IMG/VR virus record: IMGVR_UViG_3300045988_058230
Span: 1 to 45,004 of that record
Direction: 5' to 3' (one strand)
Origin: a virus
Length of the DNA: 45,004 bases
Shown here piece by piece: positions 1 to 7,573 of the stretch. The translations under genes were made by a program, and so were the position numbers. The first letter of the stretch is position 1; every line of letters begins with the position of its first letter. The notes below the pieces were generated by a model. It ran no database searches. It was given only the letters and a program-made list of their open reading frames with translations, and was not told the DNA's origin.

Positions 1-55
1 GAGCGCGGCGCGTGTGTGTAGACACGGCTGGTTCGATTCCAAGGGCGGCTTTTTA
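1..55. repeat. Left copy of the exact 55-bp terminal direct repeat (identical to 44950..45004).
   Basis: Read directly: gagcgcggcgcgtgtgtgtagacacggctggttcgattccaagggcggcttttta occurs at both termini. Confidence 0.95.
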
Positions 56-56
56 T

Positions 57-129
57 ATTCCCGTAGCTCAATCGGTAGAGCAGCGGTCTCCAAAACCGCA
101 TGTTGCAGGTTCGAGCCCTGCCGGGAGTG
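57..129 (+). tRNA. tRNA-Trp (anticodon CCA), canonical cloverleaf with no encoded CCA.
   Basis: Hand fold: acceptor ATTCCCG/CGGGAGT (one G-U pair); D arm GCTC-AATCGGTA-GAGC; anticodon arm GCGGT-CTCCAAA-ACCGC; variable loop ATGTT; T arm GCAGG-TTCGAGC-CCTGC. Confidence 0.85.
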
Positions 130-251
130 CTTGCGTGCCCTATGAGGGGGCCGCGCAATAGCGGGGCATTCGGCCGCGAAAGTTCCGGATGCAGCAGCGC
201 CCACCGTTTGACGCATGTCCAACGAACTGAATGCACGGGTGCTGCTTATAT

Positions 252-387
252 GCCGTCATAGCTCAATTGGCAGAGCGCCGTCCATTTAAGGCGGGACAAC
301 GTTGGTGACACCACGGGAACATCACTGCACAGCCAACCACTGCGCACATCCATTCCGTGGGTGCTGGTTCAAATCCAGCTGGCGGCA
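252..387 (+). tRNA. Non-canonical tRNA-like gene (136 nt). Acceptor, D and T arms are perfect. The anticodon loop is CATTTAA (UUU/Lys-like, but A at position 33). A 68-nt structured insertion replaces the variable loop.
   Basis: Acceptor GCCGTCA/TGGCGGC (7 bp, one G-U pair); D arm GCTC-AATTGGCA-GAGC; anticodon stem CCGTC/GGCGG; T arm GCTGG-TTCAAAT-CCAGC. Positions 295..362 fold into a two-segment hairpin, with pairing roughly 309-319 to 353-361 and 326-332 to 340-346. Confidence 0.55.
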
Positions 388-401
388 CATTCGATATTTT
401 G

Positions 402-432
402 ACCGTTCGGATTTCCGGGCGGTTTTTCTTTT
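402..432 (+). terminator. Rho-independent terminator closing the tRNA cluster, upstream of terS.
   Basis: Stem ACCGTTCGG/CCGGGCGGT (9 bp, two G-U pairs), loop ATTT, followed by TTTTTCTTTT. Confidence 0.7.
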
Positions 433-457
433 GCATGAGTTTAGAGAGGTGGTGGCG

Positions 458-925
458 GTGGGCGCAAGGCGGCTGACAGATAAGCAAAAAAAGAAGATCG
501 TTGCTGACTATGTGCAACTCCAAAGCTACCGCGCCGCTGCAAAGTTGAACGATGTTTCAGACGCGACGGTTAAGAAAGTCGTGAAGGAAGATCCGGAGAG
601 TGCGCGTTTGTGTGCACAAAAAAAGCGGGAAAATTCGCAGGATATGCTTTCATACCTAGAGAGCAAGCGCGGGGAAGCACAAAATCTTCTCGGGCTGTAC
701 CTTCAGGCGATGGCAGACCCTGACAAAATCGCAGAGGCAACGCTGCCGCAGCTGTCCACGGCGTTTGGCACCATCGTGGACAAGTTTGCCGTGCTAGACG
801 GCCAGAGCGGCATAGAAGCCCCGGACGATGGCCTGCTTGAGGCTCTGAGCGCTGCCGCAGACCTCAGCCCGCCGGATGATGTAGACAGGCTGCCAGAGGA
901 AGAGGACGACCATGCGGAAAAGTAA
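458..925 (+). CDS. terS: Terminase small subunit (putative).
   Basis: ORF 302..925 was trimmed to the GTG at 458 behind GAGG, because 252..387 is a tRNA-like gene and 402..432 a terminator. It has an HTH-like stretch RRLTDKQKKKIVADYVQLQSYRAAAKLNDVSDATVKKV and overlaps the terL start. Confidence 0.65.
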   Translation: MGARRLTDKQKKKIVADYVQLQSYRAAAKLNDVSDATVKKVVKEDPESARLCAQKKRENSQDMLSYLESKRGEAQNLLGLYLQAMADPDKIAEATLPQLSTAFGTIVDKFAVLDGQSGIEAPDDGLLEALSAAADLSPPDDVDRLPEEEDDHAEK

Positions 926-2159
926 CGGTTTTCGCTGGAAAGGCCTCAGCCAGCGGCAAAAGCAAGTCTTGAGCTGGTGGACGCCGCAGAGCGCATACAG
1001 CGGCTACAACGGCATCATTGCCGATGGCGCTATCCGCTCGGGCAAGACCTTTGCCATGAGCTTTTCTTTTGTTCAGTGGGCTATGACCTGCTACAGCGGC
1101 CAGCAGTTTGCCATGTGTGGCAAGACCATCGCCAGCTTCCGGCGCAACGTGCTGGGCACGCTCAAGCAGCAGCTTGCAGCCCGTGGCTACAACGTCAAGG
1201 AGCATCGGGCAGAAAACTGCATGACCGTCGGCAAGGGTGGCAAAGCCAACGAATTTTACTTTTTCGGCGGCAAGGATGAGAGCAGCCAAGACCTGATCCA
1301 GGGCATCACCCTTGCCGGGGCGTTCTTCGACGAGGTGGCTCTGATGCCGCAGAGCTTCGTCAACCAGGCCACGGCCCGATGCTCTGTCACCGGGTCAAAA
1401 TTCTGGTTCAACTGCAACCCGGGCAGCCCGCAGCATTGGTTTTATCTCGAATGGGTGCGAAAATGCCGTTCCCGCAGGATGATGTATCTCCACTTTACGA
1501 TGGACGACAACCTGTCGCTTTCCGAGGACATCAAGGCCAGATACCGCAGCCAGTACAGCGGCGTTTTCTACCAGCGCTACATTCTGGGCCTGTGGACGGT
1601 GGCCGAGGGCCTTGTATATGACATGTTCGACCGCAAAAAGCACGTTGTTGATGTGCTGCCGGCGCTGTCTCCAAAGATCGCCTATGTGGCTTGCGACTTC
1701 GGCACCCAGAACGCAACGACCTTTCTGCTGTTCCAGAAGCAGGCAGATGCAGACTGCTGGATCGTCACACGGGAGTACTACTACAGCGGCCGCGAACAGA
1801 AGCGGCAAAAGACCGTGGGCGAGTATGTTGTAGACCTCAAGGCGTGGCTGGGCGGTCTCAAGCCTGAGAGGATCATCGTTGACCCATCTGCCCTGCCCCT
1901 GATTACAGAGCTGCGCAAGAATGGCTTTACTCAGACGCCCGCAAACAATGATGTCCTGAGCGGCATTCTGGACGTGCAGACCATGCTGCAGACCGGGCGG
2001 CTGAAGATCTACAAAGACTGCAAGCACACTCTGGAAGAGTTCGGCGTGTACGCTTGGGATCCAGATAAAGACGACACCGTGCTGAAGGTCAACGACCACT
2101 GCATGGACGCTATCCGCTATTTCGTGCGCACAAAGCGCCTTGTAAAACTGAGGGATTGA
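912..2159 (+). CDS. terL: Terminase large subunit.
   Basis: 415 aa with a Walker-A-like DGAIRSGKT motif and C-terminal nuclease-type acidic motifs (VACDFG, NDHCMDAIRY). It sits between terS and the portal gene. Confidence 0.9.
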   Translation: MRKSNGFRWKGLSQRQKQVLSWWTPQSAYSGYNGIIADGAIRSGKTFAMSFSFVQWAMTCYSGQQFAMCGKTIASFRRNVLGTLKQQLAARGYNVKEHRAENCMTVGKGGKANEFYFFGGKDESSQDLIQGITLAGAFFDEVALMPQSFVNQATARCSVTGSKFWFNCNPGSPQHWFYLEWVRKCRSRRMMYLHFTMDDNLSLSEDIKARYRSQYSGVFYQRYILGLWTVAEGLVYDMFDRKKHVVDVLPALSPKIAYVACDFGTQNATTFLLFQKQADADCWIVTREYYYSGREQKRQKTVGEYVVDLKAWLGGLKPERIIVDPSALPLITELRKNGFTQTPANNDVLSGILDVQTMLQTGRLKIYKDCKHTLEEFGVYAWDPDKDDTVLKVNDHCMDAIRYFVRTKRLVKLRD

Positions 2160-3544
2160 TTTTGAGCACTGTATACACATTCCAGACCTTCCAGCAGGCG
2201 CAAGCCGCCGGGGAACAGCCTGATTTCATCCGGCGGTTCGTGCAGCAGCACTGCGCTTCCAAGCCCTACAAGATGGCGCTGGACGCCGACCTGTACGATG
2301 CCCAGAAAAACCCGGGGGCTGAACGCTTCGCGCAGGCTTACGCTTTGATGCTGAAGCGCCTATCCAAAAACACCAAGCAAGACATCCTACACCCCGATAT
2401 GGTCAAGAGCAATCTTTTCCGGCGGCTCAACAAGCAGCGGGCGACCTACTCCCTCGGCAACGGCGTTGTCTTTGCGGACGATGGCGTGGACAAGGACAGG
2501 CTGGGGCAGAACTTTGATGAGCAGATCCAGAAGGCCGGATATTTCGCCCTGATCCACGGCGAGAGCTTCGGCTTCTGGAACAACGACCACCTGGTTGTTT
2601 TCAAGCTGACCGAGTTCGCTCCACTGTACGATGAAAAGACAGGCCTTTTGCAGGCGGGTGTGCGCTTCTGGCGGCTGAACCCGGACACGGATATGCATTA
2701 TATCCTGTATGAGGAGGACGGCTTTACTGAGTACACGGAAAGCAAAATCGACAGCACGATGCAGGAGACAACGTCGAAGCAGGCATACAAGAGCGTGACC
2801 GTCACCACACCCGGCGGCGGGCTGGAAAGCGTGGAGGGCGAAAATTACAGCGCTCTTCCCATTGTGCCGCTGTGGGGCTCCGACCTGCACCAAAGCACCC
2901 TTGTGGGGCTGAAAGCCTACATTGACAACACCGATCTGGTGATGTCAGGCTTCTGCAATGACCTGCAGGACTTTTCGCAGATCTACTGGCTGTGCGAGAA
3001 CTTTAACGGCATGACCGATGCCGAGCTGCAAGAGTTCCTTGTCAAGCTGAATCTGTACCACATTGCAGGCGCAGACACCAGCGAGGGCGGAAAGATCACC
3101 CCCTACACCACCGAGATTCCTGTGACGGCCCGGCAGGCTCTTTTGGAGCTGCTCCACACCCGGGTGTATGAGGACTTCGGCGGTCTGGATGTGCATTGTG
3201 TCAGCGCGGACAGCACCAACGACCATCTGGATGCAGCCTATGAACCGCTGAGCCAGAACGCGGACGACTTCGAGGCGCAGGTAAAGCCGTTCATCCGGCA
3301 GATCTGCGCACTGGCTGGCTTTGAAAACGCTATGCCGGCATTCAACCGCAGCAAGATCACCAACACAGCCGAACAGGTCGCAACGGTGATCTCCGAGGCA
3401 CCCATCATCGGGCAGGATGTGGCAATTGACCTGCTGCCCAACTTGACCCCGGAACAGAAGGAGCAGGCCAAGGCCGCGCTGATGGCTGAGAGCGCAGCAC
3501 GGGAGACCGTGGGCGAGGGGGAGAACAACGGTGATGAAACGTGA
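2156..3544 (+). CDS. Portal protein.
   Basis: 462 aa, directly after terL with a 4-nt overlap and followed by a gp7-like minor head protein. The C-terminus is acidic. The start is TTG. Confidence 0.8.
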   Translation: MILSTVYTFQTFQQAQAAGEQPDFIRRFVQQHCASKPYKMALDADLYDAQKNPGAERFAQAYALMLKRLSKNTKQDILHPDMVKSNLFRRLNKQRATYSLGNGVVFADDGVDKDRLGQNFDEQIQKAGYFALIHGESFGFWNNDHLVVFKLTEFAPLYDEKTGLLQAGVRFWRLNPDTDMHYILYEEDGFTEYTESKIDSTMQETTSKQAYKSVTVTTPGGGLESVEGENYSALPIVPLWGSDLHQSTLVGLKAYIDNTDLVMSGFCNDLQDFSQIYWLCENFNGMTDAELQEFLVKLNLYHIAGADTSEGGKITPYTTEIPVTARQALLELLHTRVYEDFGGLDVHCVSADSTNDHLDAAYEPLSQNADDFEAQVKPFIRQICALAGFENAMPAFNRSKITNTAEQVATVISEAPIIGQDVAIDLLPNLTPEQKEQAKAALMAESAARETVGEGENNGDET

Positions 3545-4578
3545 TTTCTGACCGTGACCGCATCTCTACCCGACAACTGAACCGCCTGCGCCGCCGTATC
3601 CTGCGGGTGTACGGCACTGCCCGCCAGGAGATGCAGGAGCAGCTGACTGAGTTTCTGGCAAAGTACAAAGCGCTGGACGAGCACAAACGGGCGCAGCTGG
3701 ATGCAGGCGAGATCACCGAAGAGGATTACCGCATCTGGCTGCAAAATCAGGTCTTTCAGTCAGATTTGATGCGCCAGAAGCTGGACGGCATCACCCAGAC
3801 CTGCACCACAGCCCAAGAGACGGCCTACAAGCTGGCTCGGGACGAGCAATACAACATCTTTTCCTTTGGCGCAAACTGGGCCTTCTACGAGCTGGAACAG
3901 GCCGCAGGCGTGACGTTCGGGCTGACCCTGTACAACACCGAAGCGGTCAAGCTCCTGCTGAAGGAGAACCCCCGCATGGTGCCCAATAAGCGCATCAAGA
4001 GCGAAAGCAACCGCACCTATGATGCCCGGGTGTTCAACCGCTACGTCATGCAGGGCATCGTACAGGGCAAGAGCGTCCACGACATCGCCGTGCAGGCCGT
4101 AAACGGCATGGCTGATACAGAGATCCACTGGGCCATGAGCAACGCCATCACAGCCCTTACCAGTGCCCAGAACGCCGGGGCTTTGCAGCAGATGCACAAC
4201 GCCCAGGCTTTGGGCATCGAGGTCAAAAAGCGGTGGAACTCCACCCACGACTACCGCACCCGTGAAATGCACCGCCTGCTTGACCAGCAGACGGCAGAGA
4301 TTGACAAGCCGTTCAAGGTCATGGGCTACGAGATTCAGCGGCCCGGCGACCCCAACGCAGCGCCGGAGATGGTTTACCACTGCCGCTGTGTGCTGTCCTC
4401 TGCGCTGGGCAAGTACCCCCGGCAGAACGCCATGCAGCGGGACAATGTGACCAAAGAGGCCACCCCCGTCATGGATTACACCGAGTGGTATAAATCAAAG
4501 GGCGGCAAGGAAAAAGAGCAAATGTGGTGGGCGGAAGAGAGAAAACGGAGAAAGGAGAGCGCAAAGCATGAAGAATAA
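3541..4578 (+). CDS. Minor head / head morphogenesis protein (SPP1 gp7 / Mu F-like).
   Basis: 345 aa coupled to the portal gene. It has the conserved-looking VYHCRC motif near the C-terminal third and a basic tail. Confidence 0.75.
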   Translation: MISDRDRISTRQLNRLRRRILRVYGTARQEMQEQLTEFLAKYKALDEHKRAQLDAGEITEEDYRIWLQNQVFQSDLMRQKLDGITQTCTTAQETAYKLARDEQYNIFSFGANWAFYELEQAAGVTFGLTLYNTEAVKLLLKENPRMVPNKRIKSESNRTYDARVFNRYVMQGIVQGKSVHDIAVQAVNGMADTEIHWAMSNAITALTSAQNAGALQQMHNAQALGIEVKKRWNSTHDYRTREMHRLLDQQTAEIDKPFKVMGYEIQRPGDPNAAPEMVYHCRCVLSSALGKYPRQNAMQRDNVTKEATPVMDYTEWYKSKGGKEKEQMWWAEERKRRKESAKHEE

Positions 4579-4749
4579 GAAGTTTGGGATTGTCGTAATC
4601 AACGATGATTTTTTCTTGAACTTTTGCCGTGATTTTAAGCCCCCGTGTGGTTACATTAAGCCAAAACACGCGCGGCCTTCCTACGGAAATGGCGCAAAGC
4701 CGCATGGAGCACACAAACGCCTTATTAGGACAATGGAAGGATTCAGAAA

Positions 4750-5028
4750 ATGAATGTCTTAATGTCAAATGCCGATTATGCGCCGTGGCTTATGGATGCG
4801 CTCAAGCTGATTGAAGAAGAGAAGGTCAAAAAACTTGCAGTAGTAGGCATTACGGCCAAAGGTGAGGTCATGACCGGTTATTATCACATGGAAATGTCCG
4901 ATAAAGCTCTTGTTTCTGCTCATATGCAGGCTGACGCTGTACTGGATTCGGTTTGTTCCAACGGAGAGCTGATCCAAAGACGTTGGGCAGAGCAGGAGGA
5001 AGAAGGGGAAGATGCCGATGAAATTTGA
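4750..5028 (+). CDS. Hypothetical protein with an acidic C-terminus.
   Basis: 92-aa ORF with GGAAGGA upstream of the ATG, overlapping the next gene start. Confidence 0.55.
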   Translation: MNVLMSNADYAPWLMDALKLIEEEKVKKLAVVGITAKGEVMTGYYHMEMSDKALVSAHMQADAVLDSVCSNGELIQRRWAEQEEEGEDADEI

Positions 5029-5470
5029 ATACGACATCAAATTCACCGACAACACCCCGCAGCTGCATGAGGCGATGGACTCGTGGGTGGAGCGGGTGCT
5101 GACCATCTGGGGCATGAAGGTGCAGGACTACGCCCGGCTGCTTGTGCCTACTGGCACGGCAGACAGCACAGGCATTGAGGGCTATGTGGGCGGCGCGCTC
5201 AAGCAGAGCCTGACCTACGCCGTAGACCTTGCAAAAAAGACCGTGACCATCGGGTCAAATCTCTTTTACAGCGTCTATGTTGAGCTTGGCACGGGCATTT
5301 TTGCCGAGAAGGGCAACGGACGCAAAACGCCGTGGGTCTGGAAGGACTTCAACGGCAAGTGGCACTTTACCCGGGGCATGGCCCCCCGTCCGTTCCTCCG
5401 CCCGGCGGTGGAGGATCACATTGACGAGCTGCGAAAGATCGCGGTGGAAGAAGGGAACCGGGAAAATTAA
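5012..5470 (+). CDS. HK97 gp10-like neck/tail component.
   Basis: 152 aa with an RPFLRPA motif typical of the HK97 gp10 family. Its position upstream of the scaffold and capsid genes is unusual. Confidence 0.6.
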   Translation: MPMKFEYDIKFTDNTPQLHEAMDSWVERVLTIWGMKVQDYARLLVPTGTADSTGIEGYVGGALKQSLTYAVDLAKKTVTIGSNLFYSVYVELGTGIFAEKGNGRKTPWVWKDFNGKWHFTRGMAPRPFLRPAVEDHIDELRKIAVEEGNREN

Positions 5471-5478
5471 ATATATCA

Positions 5479-5507
5479 TTGACTTTTGTGTAACCAAATG
5501 TTATAAT
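5479..5507 (+). promoter_or_regulatory. Near-consensus sigma-70-type promoter (TTGACT-17 nt-TATAAT with upstream TG) driving the moron island.
   Basis: Read directly: TTGACT at 5479..5484, a 17-nt spacer, TATAAT at 5502..5507, and TG at 5499..5500. Confidence 0.7.
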
Positions 5508-5539
5508 AATTACGGTGACACAAAAGTGAGGTGATTTAT

Positions 5540-5713
5540 ATGTCGCCTAGAACAGGACGGCCAACATCAGACCCTAAGACCCATGACACACGAATTAGAA
5601 TGTCTGACGATGAAGTTCGTATGTTGAATATCTGCTGTGAAAAAACTGGCTTAACAAAAGCCGATGTTATTCGCAAAGGCATAAAGGAGTTGTACGAACG
5701 CCTGACAAAATAA
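5540..5713 (+). CDS. Ribbon-helix-helix (CopG/MobC-like) DNA-binding protein.
   Basis: 57 aa from the ATG at 5540 (GAGG about 8 nt upstream). It shows the pattern GRPTSDPKTHDTRIRMSDDEVRMLNICCEKTGLTKADVIRKGIKELY, i.e. a beta strand followed by two helices. Confidence 0.65.
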   Translation: MSPRTGRPTSDPKTHDTRIRMSDDEVRMLNICCEKTGLTKADVIRKGIKELYERLTK

Positions 5714-5714
5714 T

Positions 5715-5755
5715 AAGCTCTCGCCCGATGATTGGTAGTCGGTGGGCGAGAGCTT
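5715..5755 (+). terminator. Strong 12-bp hairpin after the RHH gene. It is terminator-like but has no U tract.
   Basis: AAGCTCTCGCCC (5715..5726) pairs perfectly with GGGCGAGAGCTT (5744..5755), leaving a 17-nt loop. Confidence 0.5.
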
Positions 5756-5839
5756 GCAAAGCACCAGAGGTTTCCCTTTGGTAAATCCATTATACCAAAC
5801 TGGGCGACCTCTTACAAGTGAATAAGAGGTATTTTAGCA

Positions 5840-6127
5840 ATGGAAACACCAAAAATCACGAAGGTGGAGCTTGAACTGGATGCTGTTTCTGGCGAACTCC
5901 GAGTAATGCACGACCTGTTGAACATCTTTGCCAACTGGTTTGAGGAAACGCACAAGACCGATATGATCAAGCGGGAGCGCACCAGCGAGCTTGTGAGCCA
6001 GATTTGGAGCGAAGCCCCGATGTACAGCTCTATGCTGACGGCCTTGTTTGCATCCCTCACCGGGCTGGAAAAGGAAGTTGATGCAGTTCTTGAATCGGAG
6101 ATTGCGAGGGTCAGCAATGGATGCTAA
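5840..6127 (+). CDS. Hypothetical protein.
   Basis: 95-aa ORF in the moron island. Its stop overlaps the start of the next gene (ATG 6117). Confidence 0.5.
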   Translation: METPKITKVELELDAVSGELRVMHDLLNIFANWFEETHKTDMIKRERTSELVSQIWSEAPMYSSMLTALFASLTGLEKEVDAVLESEIARVSNGC

Positions 6128-6752
6128 AAAAGATATTGAAGGGAAAAGATTTGGCAGATTAATTGCGATAGAGCTTGTTCCGGGAAATGGACGTTCCAGG
6201 TGGAAATGTGTTTGCGACTGCGGTAATACTATAGAAGCAAATCGAACCAATTTGGTATCTGGAAATACCAAAAGCTGTGGATGTTTAAGAAAGGAAACTT
6301 CAAGAAAAAATGTAGAAAAGCACCCATTTACTAAAAAGCATGGGAAGCACGGAACCAGAATATATGAAACGTGGGCAAATATGCTTTCTAGGTGTAGAAA
6401 TCCTAAAATCAGATCGTATAGAGATTATGGATCCAGAGGAATCAAAGTATGTGAAGAGTGGCTTGAATTTGAAAATTTCTATAAATGGGCGTTATCATCG
6501 GGGTATAAAGAAAATTTAACGATTGACAGAATAGATGTTAATAAGGATTATTCACCAGAAAATTGCAGATGGGCAACAACAAAGCAACAGGCAAGAAACA
6601 AAAGAACATCCGTTTTTATTACTTATAAAGGAGAGACTAAGGTATTAAAAGATTGGGCGATAGAGTATAAAATAGACAGCTCAACGCTAAAAGGAAGAAT
6701 TTCGAGAGGATGGAGAATTGAAGACGCACTAACAAAACCGGTAAAAAAGTAA
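6117..6752 (+). CDS. Zinc-ribbon plus degenerate HNH-like DNA-binding protein, with the flavour of a homing endonuclease.
   Basis: The N-terminus reads GKRFGRLIAI..WKCVCDCG..SCGC and the centre reads TIDRIDVNKDYSPENCRWATTKQQARNK. The gene is AT-rich compared with the backbone. The N-terminal motif is shared with 22749..23450. Confidence 0.55.
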   Translation: MDAKKDIEGKRFGRLIAIELVPGNGRSRWKCVCDCGNTIEANRTNLVSGNTKSCGCLRKETSRKNVEKHPFTKKHGKHGTRIYETWANMLSRCRNPKIRSYRDYGSRGIKVCEEWLEFENFYKWALSSGYKENLTIDRIDVNKDYSPENCRWATTKQQARNKRTSVFITYKGETKVLKDWAIEYKIDSSTLKGRISRGWRIEDALTKPVKK

Positions 6753-6813
6753 ATTTTTTTGGAAGAAGCTCACATTGTGGGCTTCTTCTTTTTATACCCA
6801 AATTCCAATATAT

Positions 6814-6890
6814 GCCGCTTTAGCTCAGTCTGGCAGAGCACCGGACTTTTAATCCGGGGGCCGTGGGTTCAAGCCCCACAGGCGGCACCA
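6814..6890 (+). tRNA. tRNA-Lys (anticodon UUU), canonical, with encoded CCA.
   Basis: Acceptor GCCGCTT/AGGCGGC; D arm GCTC..GAGC; anticodon arm CCGGA-CTTTTAA-TCCGG; T arm GTGGG-TTCAAGC-CCCAC; 3' end ACCA. Confidence 0.9.
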
Positions 6891-6965
6891 CGCCGGCAGC
6901 ACGTCCGGAAAATAAACCTTATTGCCAAGCATGGCAGCCCGAGCAAGGGCAGAAAGGACTATCAC

Positions 6966-7556
6966 ATGGCACTCAAAAGAGCTGACATCCGCACGATTCT
7001 GGAGAACCCCGAAACCTCCAACGATGACAAGGTCGAAGCCATTCTGGACGCCCTGCACAAGGAGACGGACGGACTCAGAAATCAGCTGGATGAAGAAAAA
7101 ACAGCCCGCACACAGGCCGAGAAGGACCGTGATGCAGCCAACAGCGGCAAGCAGGCCGCTGAAAAGGCGCTGACCGACTACAAGGCCAAGCAGACAGCAG
7201 CAGCCAGCAAGGCGGCCAAGACCGCTGCGTTTAAGCAGCTGCTCAAGCAGGCGGGCGTGCTGGAAAAGTACATCGACGACATTGCCGACGACTCCAAGAA
7301 GGGCGACGAATTTGCCGCCGGTCTGGAACTGGACGCCGACGGCAAGGTGAAAGACGCCGAAAAGCAGCTTTCCAGCATCAAAAATACATGGGGCGGCAAA
7401 ATTGCCACCACCAAAACCACCGGCGCAAAGGTGGACAACCCTCCCACCAGTTACGCCGGGACTTCTCCCGAGGATTTCAAAAAGATGAGCCTTGATGACC
7501 GCATCAAGCTCAAGAACAGCAACCCTGAACTGTACCAGCAGCTCCGGGCAAAGTAA
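6966..7556 (+). CDS. Scaffolding protein (putative).
   Basis: ORF 6759..7556 was trimmed to the ATG at 6966, because the upstream part overlaps tRNA-Lys. The product is K/A/E/D-rich and coiled-coil-like, and sits directly upstream of the capsid gene. Confidence 0.7.
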   Translation: MALKRADIRTILENPETSNDDKVEAILDALHKETDGLRNQLDEEKTARTQAEKDRDAANSGKQAAEKALTDYKAKQTAAASKAAKTAAFKQLLKQAGVLEKYIDDIADDSKKGDEFAAGLELDADGKVKDAEKQLSSIKNTWGGKIATTKTTGAKVDNPPTSYAGTSPEDFKKMSLDDRIKLKNSNPELYQQLRAK

Positions 7557-7573
7557 GAAAGTGAGGCTATTAT

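Noticed and set aside
130-251. A further tRNA between tRNA-Trp and the long tRNA-like gene.
   Set aside because: There is no T-loop (GTTCRANNC) motif and no acceptor pairing, only short GC hairpins and a GGCCGCG direct repeat. It was treated as spacer.
252-387. tRNA-Sec, or an intron-containing tRNA, as an explanation for the long tRNA-like gene.
   Set aside because: The anticodon loop is CATTTAA rather than UCA-containing. The D arm is the ordinary 4-bp/8-nt type. The extra 68 nt lies after a complete anticodon arm, in the variable position, not in the anticodon loop where bacterial group I introns insert.
302-457. N-terminal 52 codons of the track ORF 302..925.
   Set aside because: They overlap the T arm and insert of the tRNA-like gene 252..387 and the terminator at 402..432. 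A GTG with an upstream GAGG at 458 gives a sensible terS start.
4568-4753. 61-aa ORF in the gap after the minor head protein.
   Set aside because: It lies in an AT-rich intergenic stretch, has an odd composition and no clear RBS. It is probably non-coding, although the function of the 170-bp gap itself is unknown.
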